Source: Octopus bimaculoides (lineage: Eukaryota). Taken from it: 64,000 bases of DNA. Location: NCBI RefSeq assembly GCF_001194135.2, contig NC_069003.1, positions 5,728,984-5,792,983 on the forward strand, read 5' to 3'. The notes under the pieces are model-generated. The model saw only the letters and a program-made list of their open reading frames with translations, did not search any database and was not told the DNA's origin. The translations under genes and the position numbers were made by a program. Of this stretch, positions 1-12,598 are shown in pieces; within the stretch, counting starts at the first letter, position 1; every line of letters starts with the position of its first letter.

Positions 1-403
1 TAGAGCAGAAGCAGTGTTTATGACACTTGCCAAACCCTAGCTGGAACCTTACTGGTCTCTAAAAAAGGAAGGACATATTGGATAGTGTAGTCTAAGAATA
101 AAGAGAAAAGACTGGATGGCCATGCTTGGAACCTATTTGAACATTGGTTAGCTTGACCCGACAACATAGCAATGCTTCTGCATGGCCCGGCATGTTCTCC
201 ATGGTAGAATGGAAATGAAGGACATTGCTTCTTTGATGGTGATGCTCATTTGCAACTGACACAATGCCAAGACACTGAGGCATTGAGACACACATACACA
301 CACACACACACACGTATTTATATAAGGGTCCTCTGTTATAGCCTTTGGCCGTCCAAAGCCTTGTGAGTGGGTTTAGTTGGTGGAAACAGAAAGAAACCCA
401 TGT

Positions 404-443
<40 letters not shown>

Positions 444-808
444 TGTGTTTGTGTCTGTGTTTGTCCTCCCACCATTGTGTTGGTATATTTGTGTTCCCAT
501 AATTTAGCAGTTCAGCAGAAGTGACTGATAGAATATGTACTAGGCTTCAAGAGAATAAGTCCTGGGATTGATTTCTTTGACTAAAACCTTTTAAGGTGGT
601 GCTTCAGCATGGCCACAGTGAAATGACTGAAAGAAGTAAAAGAATATATATATGTCAACACAAACCTAGTCATGTAGATATACACACATAATCTAAAGAG
701 TATCTGAATTCCAAAGCATTTTTTTCTTTTTTATGATAAAGAACATGCTGGTAGAGATATAATTTGAACCTTTCACCTTATTAATGACATATCACCGTTC
801 CTCTCCAC

Positions 809-883
<75 letters not shown>

Positions 884-1085
884 TATCAATGTTTCATGGC
901 ATCATCCCACCAGACTAAGTGGCACAGGTATTACTTACAAACACAACATTGCTATCGTAGTTTGCTGATTGCTGAGGAAAGTTACTGCTTCTTGTAGACA
1001 TTCAGTTGGCTTATCATATCCGACTATTTTACATACTTTGTATTTCTGATGCTCTCTTACGGATGCTTTGCAATTTTCTGAGTTC

Positions 1086-1287
1086 AAGGTGGCGAGCTGG
1101 CAGAAACGTTAGCACACCAGGCAAAATGCTTGGCAGTATTTCATCTGTCTTTACATTCTGAGTTCAAATTCCGCTGAGGTCGACTTTACTTTCCATCCTT
1201 TCAGAATCGATAAATTAAGTACCAGTTGCATACTGGCCCCCACTTCCCCAAGAATTTCAGGCCTTGTGCCTAGAGTAGAAAAGAATT
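1086..1287 (+). mobile_element. tRNA-derived SINE family A (octopus OR1/Nin-Deu-like), representative copy
   Basis: Pol III A-box (TGGCAGAAACGTTAGC) and B-box (GAGTTCAAATTCC), then the core TTCCATCCTTTCAGAATCGATAAATTAAGTACCAG. More than 25 related copies in the window. Family name is from memory. Confidence 0.8.
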
Positions 1288-1300
1288 TTCTATGAGTTCA

Positions 1301-1302
<2 letters not shown>

Positions 1303-1373
<71 letters not shown>

Positions 1374-1462
1374 ATACGTGTGTGTGTTTATACGTGTGTG
1401 TGTTTATACGTGTGTGTGTTTATACGTGTGTGTGTTTATACGTGTGTGTGTGTGTGTGTGTG
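1303..1462. repeat. (TG)n with embedded 14-bp TTTATACGTGTGTG repeats
   Basis: Direct reading. Representative of dozens of (CA)n, (TA)n and (GA)n tracts in the window. Confidence 0.95.
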
Positions 1463-1494
1463 ATCATCACCATCTTCTTGTGATATCTACTTTT

Positions 1495-1740
1495 CCATGG
1501 TCGGTTAGTCCACATTACTCTGCAAGGAGCATAAGACTGGTTCCCCGGTTTCTCTGATGTATATATTCCACTTTTCGATATATACCTTCTTGGATGGGAT
1601 GCCAGTCTGTCGTAGGATTACTCGTTTTTACCAGCTGGGTAGACTGGGACAGTTCAAGAACACAACTCATTGCCCAGTCTCGGAATTGAAACCACAATCT
1701 TATGATCATGAGTCCACCACCCTGTCCATCACTCCTGAAT
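1495..1740 (-). mobile_element. tRNA-derived SINE family G (CORE-like body, GACTGGCATCCCATCCA..AAACCGGG tail)
   Basis: Minus strand reads B-box GGTTTCAATTCC, then TGTGTTCTTGAAC..CCAGTCTACCCAGCTG and the distinctive tail. Head fragments also at 10290-10350 and 14965-15100. Confidence 0.6.
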
Positions 1741-1924
1741 GGGATTGAAGGTGAGTTACCTCACCTGTCCATGACTCTGAGGTGTTTTCACATTTCGCGC
1801 TTTGAGAGTATATATACTCCACTGGAAAATACACAAAGCATATACATTAAGTCTACATGGTTAATGGTATTTATTATAGAGCTGCTTTGGTTTCAAATGT
1901 AAATGTATGTATATATATATATAT

Positions 1925-2310
1925 AGACATGGCTCTGTGGTGAGAAGCTGCTTCCCAACCACATGGTTCTAGGTTCAGTCCCACTGCGTGGCACCTTGGG
2001 CAAGTGTCTTCTACTTTTGCCTCAGGTTGACCGAAGCCTTGTGAGTGGATTTGGTAGATGAAAACTGAAAAAAGCTCCTCATTTATTTATACATGTATGT
2101 TTGTGTGTTTTTCCTCCCATCACTGCTTGACAATTGGTGTTGGTGTGTTTACACCCCCATAACTTAGCGGTTCAGCAAAAGTAACTGATAGAATAAGTAC
2201 TAGGCTTAAGAAATAAGTCCTGGGGTCGATTTATTTGACTAAAACCCTTCAAGGCAGTGCTCCAGCATGGCTGCAGTCAAATGACTGAAACAAGTAAAAG
2301 AATAAAAGAA
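1925..2310 (+). mobile_element. tRNA+CORE-like SINE family B1 (octopus OR2-like), full copy
   Basis: Head GGCTCTGTGGTGAGAAG..GGTTCAGTCCC, CORE-like GGCACCTTGGGCAAGTGTCTTC, internal microsatellite, tail ending CCAGCATGGCTGCAGTCAAATGACTGAAACAAGTAAAAG. Other near-full copies at 12145-12850(-), 35724-36104(-), 44205-44928(-), 53086-53466(+), 55385-55765(-), plus many fragments. Confidence 0.8.
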
Positions 2311-2990
2311 TCTATAATCCTCATTTCCCCATCCACTATCCGTGCCAGCCTACACTGGATGGATTGTCACAGTTTGAATCAGTTAATTTTCAAAGTTACT
2401 GCTCTCTTAGACAGATCAAGGGACCACGTCCTGTTCATTTGCTTTATCTTTGGCATGAGAGAGAATACAAGGACTAAAGAGCTTTTCAAATTATGTTAAA
2501 TGTCTTCTGCTATTAGTGGAGGCAGACAATCAAATGAGTCGCCATGTTGAACACATTTATTAACAAAATGAATTATGAATAAGATTATAGAACAAATGCT
2601 AAGTACATAATACTTGACTGCAAAGTGTATGATGATAATAATAATAATAACAATAGTGAAAGGAATCATTAAAGCAAATTAAATAAGTCAGCAAAACACA
2701 TATAAGGTTAACTATAATTATGAAATTATCAATACCAATTAATAACAATAGATTGTTAATTACAACTCAAAAGAAATAAAACTTAAAATCAATTTAAAAG
2801 CCATCACTGTTGAATTCTTCATTATCACTGATGCCAAAAACAGCATCTAATTCCTCTTGTAGCAGTGTTTCGTCTGCATGAAATGAAACAATTGAATGTG
2901 GCTGTTTGGATACTGAAGATCTGGCATGGCTAACTGGACAGTGAACCAGTTTTGGCGATGCCTGTTTTGGCAACAGTCATTGAATACGTC

Positions 2991-3312
2991 TTAATGTATC
3001 TGAAAGGGTAAAAGGCAAAGTCAACCTTGGAGAAATTTGAACTCAGAACATAAAGCCAGACAAAATGCTAACTATTCTGCCAGTTCCCTGCTTTGCACAC
3101 ACCAGCTTAATAATAATCACAAATTTTAACACAAGGCCAGCTATATCCGGGGAGGGGTTAAGTCGATTACACCAGCCCCCAGTGTTCAACTAGTACTTGT
3201 TTTATCAACCCTGAAAAGATGAAAAGTAAAATCAAACCTAGAACATAAAGACAGACAAAATACCACGAAGCATTTCATCTGGCATGCTAATGATTCTACC
3301 GCTACCGGCCTT
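2991..3312 (-). mobile_element. Two family A SINE copies (one partial)
   Basis: Reverse core GAAAAGATGAAAAGTAAAATCAA and GAACTCAGAAC/GCTAA head motifs. Confidence 0.7.
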
Positions 3313-3695
3313 TCAAACATCAGCATAATAATGACAGATATTTTGATAAATTCTTCATAATATTCTAATAGCAATGAAGACAGTGTATTTCAGCAGTTAT
3401 ATGGTAACAAAAGGGTTAAAGTGATCTAAATTTGGAGACACTTCCATAGAATCCAATCTTATCTGGAGCAGAGAGAGAGTTACAATGTCATAACTACTCC
3501 TTGGTATGTGTTCATGTCTTGTGTTTATAATAACAACAGATTGTGACCTATAATTTTCATTTTCTTGCACAAGATCTTTTACTCTCATATAAAAGTCACA
3601 CCCTTGACATTATTATTATTATCATTATTACTTCGATTACTTTTATTGAAGATGTGTACAAACAAAATGTGATGTGTGATTATACGAAAATAAAT

Positions 3696-3726
<31 letters not shown>

Positions 3727-3899
3727 TATATGTTTTATTGGACTGTGTAACTCAGGCTTGAAAGACAACTGATTGTTAGAATTTTCCTTTGTCTTTTTTT
3801 AAAGTTATAATTTGTAGCAAGAGAAGGCTTCTTCTTCCTTTTCTTTTCTTCTTCCATTTCTTTTTTCCTGTTTCTTTCACTTCTTATTATTATCATTAC

Positions 3900-5010
3900 T
3901 AAGGTGATGAGCCGGTAGAATTGTTAGTATACTGGACGAAACACTTAGTGGTATTTTGTCTGCCACTATATTCTGAGTTCAAATTCTACTGAGGTCAACT
4001 TTGCCTTTCATCCTTTCGGGGTCAATAGATTAAGTACCAGTGAAACACTGGGGTTGATGTAATCAACTCATCCAGTCCCCACAAAAATGGCTGCCCTTGT
4101 GGCAAAATTTGAAACCATTATTATTATTCTATTGTCTTTGCACAACTTCTAATGCTGGAGGTGTCAGTTGTTCACTACCAGTGAACTATTTTTCGAGCAC
4201 AATCCAAAGTATTCTTGTTGTTATGGTAGGGAGCTAGCTAAATTGTTAGCACTTTGGACAAAATGCCACTGAGCATTTTGCCTCTCTTTACTTTCTAAGC
4301 TTAAATTCTGCCATGGTCGACTTTGCCTTTTGTCCCTTCAGGGTTGATGAAATAGATACCAATGGAGCACTTGAGGTGATGTACTGGACTTACCCTCTTC
4401 CCTGATGGCATGCTAGTAGAATCTCTCGTGCATCAGACAGAATCTCTGTTGCATTCAGACAAAATTCTTAGCAGCATTTCTTCCTGCTCTTTTCATCCTG
4501 GGTTCAAATTCTGCCAAGGTCAACTTTGCAATCCATACTTTTGGGATCAATAAAATAAGCACCAATATAATCAACTTGCCTTTTCTCCTCGAAATTGCTG
4601 GCCTTGTGCATAATCGAGGGGTGCTGAAAAGTTCCCAACTTTAAGGGTATCGCTAGAGGCCTCATTGGAGGCCCAACCTTCCGTGTTCTTTTACAGGGTT
4701 AAGAAAACCTGAAGGACCACTGCAACAAGTGTGTGAATCTAAGAGGGGAATATGTTGAATGAAATCATGATTAACTGATCCTCTTGTATTTTCTTTTACT
4801 CAAAGCCAGGAACTTTTCAGCATGCCCTCGTAGCTGAAAGAATTTGCTGGCAGAACCATGTGCATGCCAGAGAAAATGCTTTACAGCATTTCTTCCGGCT
4901 TCATTCTGCATCCTTTTGGGCTTGATAAAATAAGTAGCAGTTTGAGCGCCGGGGGTCGATGTAATCAGCTTGTCTGCTCCCCCACCCCAATTTCAAGTTG
5001 TGTGCCTTGA
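3900..5010 (+). mobile_element. Chain of four same-orientation family A SINEs with a nested mariner MITE
   Basis: Head and core motifs repeat at about 3900, 4226, 4405 and 4835. Confidence 0.75.
4615..4830 (+). mobile_element. Mariner-derived MITE (216 bp)
   Basis: TIRs CGAGGGGTGCTGAAAAGTTCC / GGAACTTTTCAGCATGCCCTCG followed by TA. Internal remnant ENLKDHCNKCVNLRGEYVE* (4703-4762) matches a mariner transposase C-terminus. Confidence 0.85.
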
Positions 5011-5805
5011 GTAGTAAAAAAAAAAAAGCATTTTTATCATTATTCTCACATGTTCGGACTGGGGTGTCTTGGGATTATTCTTTAATAAGTAGATTTAGAA
5101 AAAAACTAAAACTAAATGTTTTGTAAGAAATGTCTCATTAACATTCCTTGTCAATTGCCCAATTCACTGCAAACACGCCAGCTTATTCAAAACCTTTTCC
5201 TCTCTAACTCACCTCCCCCTCTGCCCACCATCTTTTCCTATTTCTTCCTATTTGACTGACTCCATGCTATCCACTTGCTGCTACCTAATGGGTCAGGCAG
5301 ATATTATTATTATTATTATTATTATATATTGTGCAGGCTTAGCCTTTCGTTCCTTTTTTCTTTTGCTAGTTGCTGCTGTTATTGTTGTTATTGTTGTTAT
5401 TGTTTGAAAAAGAGGATTAGGTGGAGTAGGAATTTGAATCAACTCCTCCCTCCTCCCCTATCATTGCTTACTCTATAACATGAAAAAACAAAGAAGAAAA
5501 TACAAATGAAAGCTGCTTAAGTAGGTCTCCCAACTTCAATTTTTCTACCAATATTTCGAGGTACATACACACACACACACACACACACACTTGTTATATA
5601 TATATACATACACACATACATTGTATAGATTTACTATCTGAAGGACTTATCCAGTTGAGGTGCAATGGTTAGAATATACATACATGCATACATACATATA
5701 AAGTTTGGTAGCATAAACAAGATAAATAGAACTCAATGCATTTCTATATATTAATTTTTACACTTTAATAAATTTTTTGTAATCTTCAGCCAATTAAAGA
5801 AAAAT

Positions 5806-5865
<60 letters not shown>

Positions 5866-6410
5866 TAAAAGCTATAAATAATTGAAAACAAGTGTGAATG
5901 TGTAATCTCTCTCTCCCTCTCTCTCTGTGTATACACACACACACATACATACATACACAGAGAAAGAAAGAGAGAGAGAGGGGGAGGATGCTTATTATAC
6001 ACTCACATTTGTTTTACTCCAATCATACAGTATTTCTGTCTATTATATGTAGTGTATATCAGAATGTGTGTGTGTGTGTGTGTGCATAGTTATGTGTTCA
6101 CTCAAACATTAACATCAGCAAACACAAACAACCTTTTGTTGTTACAAAGTCTCTTTCTTTTCTTTTCTTTTCTTTTCTTTCTGCCATTTTCTTTGCTTAA
6201 ATGTCTGTCCATCATTCTTAATCTCACTCTCTCTCTCTCTCTCTCTCTCTCTGAAAGCTTCCTATAGAAACAAGAAGGAGGCAGAGGGAGCGTACTGAGC
6301 CAAAATATAGTCATTGCTTATTTTCCGGGAGTTTTAATTCATGGTTACTCTCACAGTTTGTCTGTTTCTGTCCCCTTCTCCTGTGCTAAAGCTTGCTGTA
6401 TACATGTATA

Positions 6411-6444
<34 letters not shown>

Positions 6445-7474
6445 CCCTACATACACCCATAAACATGCACTCTCTCACACATACACGCTTGTATAATAGG
6501 CCATAAAACTCCATGTCTAAATGCACTTTTATTCACCAAAACCAATCTTAAAATTAGGGTACATACAACGCATGCCATTAGACTGCAAAGTCTACCCACC
6601 GTTCAATTCATTCAGAAAAGCAATAACATAAAATGGTTTTAATATTTTTTTCAAACATATTTTTATTTATTTATTGTATAGGTGCAGGAGTAGCTGTGTG
6701 GTAAGTAGCTTGCTTACCAACCACATGGTTCCGGGTTCAGTCCCACTGCATGGCACTTTGGGCAAGTGCCTTTTACTATAGCCTTGGGCCAACCAAAGCC
6801 TTGTGAGTGGATTTGGTAGACAGAAACTGAAAGAAGCCTGTCGCCACCTTGCTGGTTAGGCAGGCAAGCCTATATATATATATATAATGAAGGGTATGAA
6901 TACAGACAGTATACTAAGCAAGCCCATATAGACACACACAAAACACACAGGCATGCACACGCACTCACACAAACACGTGCAAATAAGGATACGCAACAAA
7001 GAAAGACTGGACCAAACAGAACAGGAGGAAACACATGGGATGAAGAGTCACTGAAGAGGTCACAGGATGTGTGATGAATAATTTAAAATAAGAACAATAA
7101 TAAAAAAAAAAAACTGAAGTGATGAACAAATATATAGTGCATGTGTTTATTTGGCAAAAAATTGAGCCTGCTATAATTGTGTGTGTATGCACATGGCTTT
7201 GTGGTTAAGATGGTTGCTTTGCAAATATTTAGTTTTCGGTTCAACCCACTACTTGACACACAGGACAAGTTCTTCTACCATAGCCTTGCACCAACTAAAG
7301 CCACCTGAGTGAAATTTGATAAACTGAAACTCTGTATGTAGGGTGGGGGGGGGCAGTGCAGGCACCATTCTCATTCATGGGTGTTACTTACTGTCACCGG
7401 GTTGAACACCAACCCATCACCACCCAACCCTTGGGTGCTTTTAGCAAGGTCCATTTAATTATGACTACCACAAG

Positions 7475-7770
7475 GTGACTGGTGCTGGTGTCACATAACT
7501 GGCACTCATGCTGGTGGTATATAAAAGCACTTGTACCAAAGGCACATAAAAGCACCCGTGCTGGTGGCACATTGAAGCATTAGTACTAGTGGTATGTAAA
7601 AAGCACCCATCATATTCTCAGAGTGGTTGGCGTTAGGAAGGGCATCCAGCCATAGAAACCATACCAAACCAGACTGGAACTAGGTGCAGCTCTCCAGCTT
7701 ACCAGTTCCAGTCAAACTGTCTAACCCATGCCAGCATGGAAAGTGGACGTTAAATGATGATGATGATGTC
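7475..7770 (+). mobile_element. RTE-LINE 3' UTR fragment (family C)
   Basis: GGTTGGCGTTAGGAAGGGCATCCAGCC..CCATGCCAGCATGGAAAGTGGACGTTAAA(TGA)n. The same sequence follows the RTE ORF end at 23138. Other copies at 11345-11490(-), 26025-26250(-), 33805-34000(-), 53500-53700(+), 63370-63570(+). Confidence 0.7.
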
Positions 7771-7984
7771 TAGCCCATGTTACTGTATGGTGACTTGTGT
7801 GCATCAAGGACTCTGAGAGCTTAGGCAGTGGAGAACAGGCTCCCAGTAGGGCCTGCTATACTGGATGGGTCAAAAGGGCAGAGTTCAGGTTAATATGGAC
7901 CATTGCTTCCCCCATTGGTTTGCATAGGTTCAAAACCCCTACCGAGAAAAAAAGCAAAGTTACAGAAGCATCGATAACAATTCA

Positions 7985-8095
7985 AAACTAGCAAGACCTG
8001 GGAAAGGAAGGCCTTGAGAGAGCCCAGAGCTGAGAGCGGAGGAGAAATGTCATTAATGGCCTATGCTCCTCAGCAAGTGAAGGGCTTAAGCTAAG
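7985..8095 (+). mobile_element. Decayed RTE-clade LINE C-terminus
   Basis: Translates as QDLGKEGLERAQS*ERRRNVINGLCSSASEGLK, resembling RTE ends of the form AQDR..WR..V.GLCS..SEGLK. Confidence 0.45.
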
Positions 8096-8487
8096 CTGTT
8101 GTGGTTTAAACTTAGGTCAGCCTTGATAGAGCAGATTTGTGGTCATAGGTGTTCCAGCCGAGGATGTCACATCTTATTTCCTACACAGAACTAATATAAT
8201 CTTCTCTTTTTTTTTTTTTTTCATTCTTTTTTCCAAAGATTTATGGGAGATTGAGCAACCATTTCTAGTAGATTGAGCAACTATTTCTAGCAGACTGAGC
8301 AACCACATGGAGGCTTTTTTTTTTTAAATGGATGTCTTTGCTTAATGGATAAAACGTACGACATTGAATTAATGTAATTTTATCTGTTACACACTTGTTT
8401 AGATTTTGGTGTGTATAATAGAATATTGTAAAGAATAGCATATAACATTAATGTATAACATACTTACATATGTGTGTGTGTGTGTAA

Positions 8488-8576
<89 letters not shown>

Positions 8577-10941
8577 TTGTTATATTGTATACTTTACAAT
8601 TATATATGTGTGTGTGTACTCCATTTGCTGAACACATAACTCATCAAATCTGAAGTATTATCTTAGTAATTTATTAATTTACATTTTATAATAAAATAAA
8701 GAATGAGTCAAATACTATTTCTCGTTGCAAAAAAAAAATCATTTTACATTCTATATTTTACAGTCTCTAGATTGTGCGGACATTTAATTATTTTAGATGC
8801 AAACATAGGAAAGACTATGGCTTTTAATTACTAGATTTCACTGCTTCACCATTCTTCACCGACTAATGTGTATAGAATTACTTTAGATTCCGCAGAATTA
8901 TTATATTTTGAAATATGATTGAGTTATTGCTTTTGGTTTTGTTTTTTTTTGCATTATTTGTTTTTGCCATTTTTTTTTTTTGTTTGCATTTGGATTCAGT
9001 TTGATTCTAATTTCCAATTCCATTCTATTACAGAATTGTGCTTCTTACTTAGATTTGAATCATGATAAAATTTCCCTTGTTTATTTTAAATTTCGCACAA
9101 ACTTCTGTCAGATTTGACTTCATTTCATAGTCTTGAAATGTCACAGATTGCATACTAACTAGATAACTAGCCTCAAAAATTGCTGCAGACATACACTGTT
9201 TGATAATAGCATTGAAAAATACATAACATTTAATGGAAAATTGTAGCGTAATGGTATACGTATATAAAGTAATACAAGCTACAGATTTTCCATTGTGGTT
9301 ACAAATATTTTCTTACCATAAATACAATTCTCGTCTTAATGATATTTTGAAAGAAATGATTCTAACAAAAATAAGCATATATATGTGTGTGTGTGTGTGT
9401 GTATATATATATGTATGTATATTATTAATAATGATAAGGAGAATGGAGATTTTTCATACCCATAATTTTATTTAACAGTTATTTACAGCACCCTTTACTC
9501 AACCTACATGCATTTCAACTGCATTAGCTGCACATTGTTGAATATGCAACCTGGTGTCATGGTTGGTGCAGTTTCATCAGCCAGCACCTGAAACCAAATT
9601 AAGAGGAAACACGGTAACTGCCAGGATAATATTTCCCTTGAAACTCATTTTTGGAATTATATATATATGTGTTAGTCTTGTTTTTCACCCTGTTGAGTGT
9701 CCGTTTTACTCATCAAGCAGGTGTGTTTGTGTGTGTCCTTCTGCCTGTTTTTCTTTGTCTTATTCCCCAACATCATCCAGTGTTTTAAATCCAGGTTTTG
9801 TCCCCATTAATGGGGGTGGCCAGATCTAACTGAATGCCATAGCAACTGAAGTAGGCAGGTGCAGCCCACCCCAACCTTTGGACTGGCTGGTACCTATTCT
9901 CCTTTGCTATCATGAGACTTTTTTGGAGCTGGATTTTCTACGGGGAGCATTCGATTGCTTAACCCCAAACTCAGTTTCTAGACTTGAGTGGTCCCGAGAT
10001 CAAGGCCTCTACCATGATTTTTAAGAAATGTGGTGGAAAACTAGCTCAGGGACACTACTCCCTGAGATCCCTTCTGGAAACCCCTACTTAACAATATTTT
10101 TAAACAATTGTCACTGTTATGCAGGTGGTGTCATCTGTTTCAAATCTTCAGTGAAAACGTGTCTGGTGATGGGGGAAATGTAACATTTGCTTGCAAACTG
10201 GTGGGGAGTTGGCAAGAGTGAAGTCATTAGACCATCACAAAAATCTGCCTCAACAAATTTAGTCTGACTCATGCAAACAAGGAAAAACATGAGATGAAGC
10301 GTTTTGCCCAAGAACACAATACACCACCCAGTCCAGGAATTGAAACCATGTGCCCTCACAGTGTATATGTAATACACACACACAATTATATAAGTAAACA
10401 TGACTATGTGGTTAAGAATTTCATTTCTCAACACTCACCTATTTCCAAGAAAGATATTTCTCTCTATAGCTGGGCACGTTTTCATGGAAGATTGGAAATG
10501 AATGACACTGCTTATCTGATAGTAACAATCATTTACTGCTATCATGCAGTGTCAAAACAAGGACTACCAACACACACACTTGATATGCTTCTTTCAGTTT
10601 CTGTCTACCAAATCCATTCACATTGCTTTAGTTGGCCTGGGGCTATAGTAGAGAAGACACTTGCCCAAGGTGCCAATTAGGGAGACTAAACCCAAAGCTA
10701 TGTAGTTGAGAAGTGAAATTCTTAACCACATAGTCATGTTTACTTATATGAATATGTGTGTGCATGGTTTCAATTCCTGGACTGAGTGGTGTGTATATAT
10801 GTATATATATGCATGTATGTATTCCTACAGAGATGTTACATAAAATTGGAGATAGTTTAAATTAATTAGTCAAATAATTAAGTTAAATGGCTGTAAAGAA
10901 GTAAACAAGACTTGTTCTTACTTTTTGTTCTTCCTCTTCAG

Positions 10942-11000
10942 GGACACTCTATATCAGAAGACGGAGTCAGTTGCTAAGAGAAACAGCCAAAGTAGGTGAT
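10942..11000 (+). CDS. Candidate internal coding exon (59 nt) of an unidentified gene; open frame xTLYIRRRSQLLRETAKVGD
   Basis: Strong acceptor TTCTTACTTTTTGTTCTTCCTCTTCAG| and donor GAT|GTAAGT, in non-repeat sequence. Only the phase 1->0 frame is free of stops. Protein not recognised. Confidence 0.5.
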
Positions 11001-11053
11001 GTAAGTATAATGACTGTTTTTCTTCTTCTTCTTCTATGGTTTGTTGTTGTTTA

Positions 11054-11375
11054 ACCCGTTTGATACCAAACCACCTGAGATTTCCTTTGGTCCTATGACA
11101 TAAACTGCTGTTTTAACCCTTTGGCTTTCAGCTTACCCTTTCAAAATGCTTATTTAATTACATTGTTTTGAAATAATCACGCATTGTCTTATAGCTTTGA
11201 GATTTCTATGATCTGATTGTTTATTTTTAGGGTAGGTGTGAGAGGCTGGATCAGGTCAGTTTTAACATAAAAAAAGGTAAAATATTTGAGCCAGATATGG
11301 TCGGTTTAAATGCTAAAAGGCTAAAATCTTCCATCAAAATTTTGTTTTAATTTGTCCAAAGCACCAGTCGGGTGG
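11054..11375. mobile_element. TTAA-type (piggyBac-like) MITE nested at a TTAA inside another TTAA-type MITE
   Basis: Inner element 11117-11320: TTAA|CCCTTTGGC ... TGCTAAAAGG|CTAA. Host starts TTAACCCGTTTGATACC at 11054 and resumes after the insert. Confidence 0.6.
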
Positions 11376-12281
11376 CACTGGCAATGACCATGCTCGAATG
11401 GTGGTTTTTATGTGCCACTGGCATCGGACCAGTCAGCCAGCACTAGCATCAACCACACTCGAATGGTGCTTTTTATGTGCCACCAGCAAGAAAAAGAAAT
11501 AGTCTAGGCATGACCATCCAGCATCAATCTTTTCAGTTAAATATAGTTTATCTTAGCTTACATCGTACTCTGTATAGGTTTGTACTAATTTTTTTTTTAA
11601 AAGAGACAATCGTGTGATCTAGCTGCTATTTCTAGCAGGTAGAGCGTCTCCATAGAGGCTCAGTTGAAGTCGAGGCTGGAATTACCAATGTATCAATAAC
11701 AGGTCATGGGAAATAATGATATTGACTAAATTTATTGAGTCATTGCATGGGATATCCTCCTGTTCTTCTTCCTTTTTGTCATCCTCTGCCTTCTCCTCAT
11801 CATTATTCATCTGTCTTTCCATGCTTTGCAGGGATTAGCTAAGTCTTCTCCATCCAGCGCAGGCGTCTCCCAGTTGTTTGTGTTCCCTCTTTGTCTCCTT
11901 TGTGAGATTTTTTTCCCCTTTTCAACATCCACCGCCACCTCACCATGATCAGCTTTTACCAATTCCCATTCCCCCCAACTCCCTCCTCTTCTACAGGCTC
12001 CTTCCTTTCTACTTGGATTGGTTAAATAATTTATCTCTATGGAAATACATTAAAATATTTGTTCAAGGTTACACAAAGCAAGGCATGTGTCGTTTTAACA
12101 TTACTTCAACATTATCTCATGGACCCGCTGGGCTTTTGTGTTTTTTCTCTTTATCCTTTTTACTTGTTTCACTCACTGGACTGTGGCCATTCTGGGGTGT
12201 TGCCTTGAAGGGTTTCGTCAAACCAGTCAACCCCAGTACTTCTGTTTAAATTTGCTACTTATTCTATTGGTCTCTTTAACT

Positions 12282-12598
12282 CATAGGTTCTCAAAGTGGG
12301 TGCTACCACCTCCGGTGGGCGTTGAGACAGTCCAGGTAAGTGCTGGTGCCTAAGGGGGCGGTGGGGGTAGAGAAAAAGGAGGCGTTGGGAGGAAGGCAGT
12401 GAATTGGGAGATACTATGAATTTATTATAATATTGTATGCAAATTATATAATATTATATTAAATATCAAATGATTCATAGTATATATAAATTAGTAAAAT
12501 ACAAAATATTTATTTATGCATAAAAATAGGGGTCAGGACACTGAGGGTATTTATGTGGCCATGAGGTGGGTGTGGCCCAAAAAGTTTGAGAACCTCTG
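12282..12598. mobile_element. hAT/Charlie-type MITE inserted in a B1 SINE tail
   Basis: TIRs CATAGGTTCTCAAA / TTTGAGAACCTCTG; 8-bp TSD CTTTAACT / CTCTAACT (7 of 8 match). Confidence 0.8.

Noticed and set aside
900-1080. 48-codon open minus frame ENCKASVREHQ...; KLQSIRKRAS in another frame
   Set aside because: No splice acceptor or recognisable domain; at most a very old LINE relic.
1086-1190. tRNA-like A/B boxes (here and in families B, D, G)
   Set aside because: These are SINE heads: no cloverleaf, and each is followed by a SINE core and tail.
9498-9613. Exon-like stretch TTTACAG| ... ACG|GTAACT
   Set aside because: All three frames contain stops.
11840-11910. Acceptor-like CTTTGCAG| followed by GLAKSSPSSAGVSQL
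   Set aside because: The signal lies in the reverse complement of an RTE/B2-type tail, and the donor is poor.
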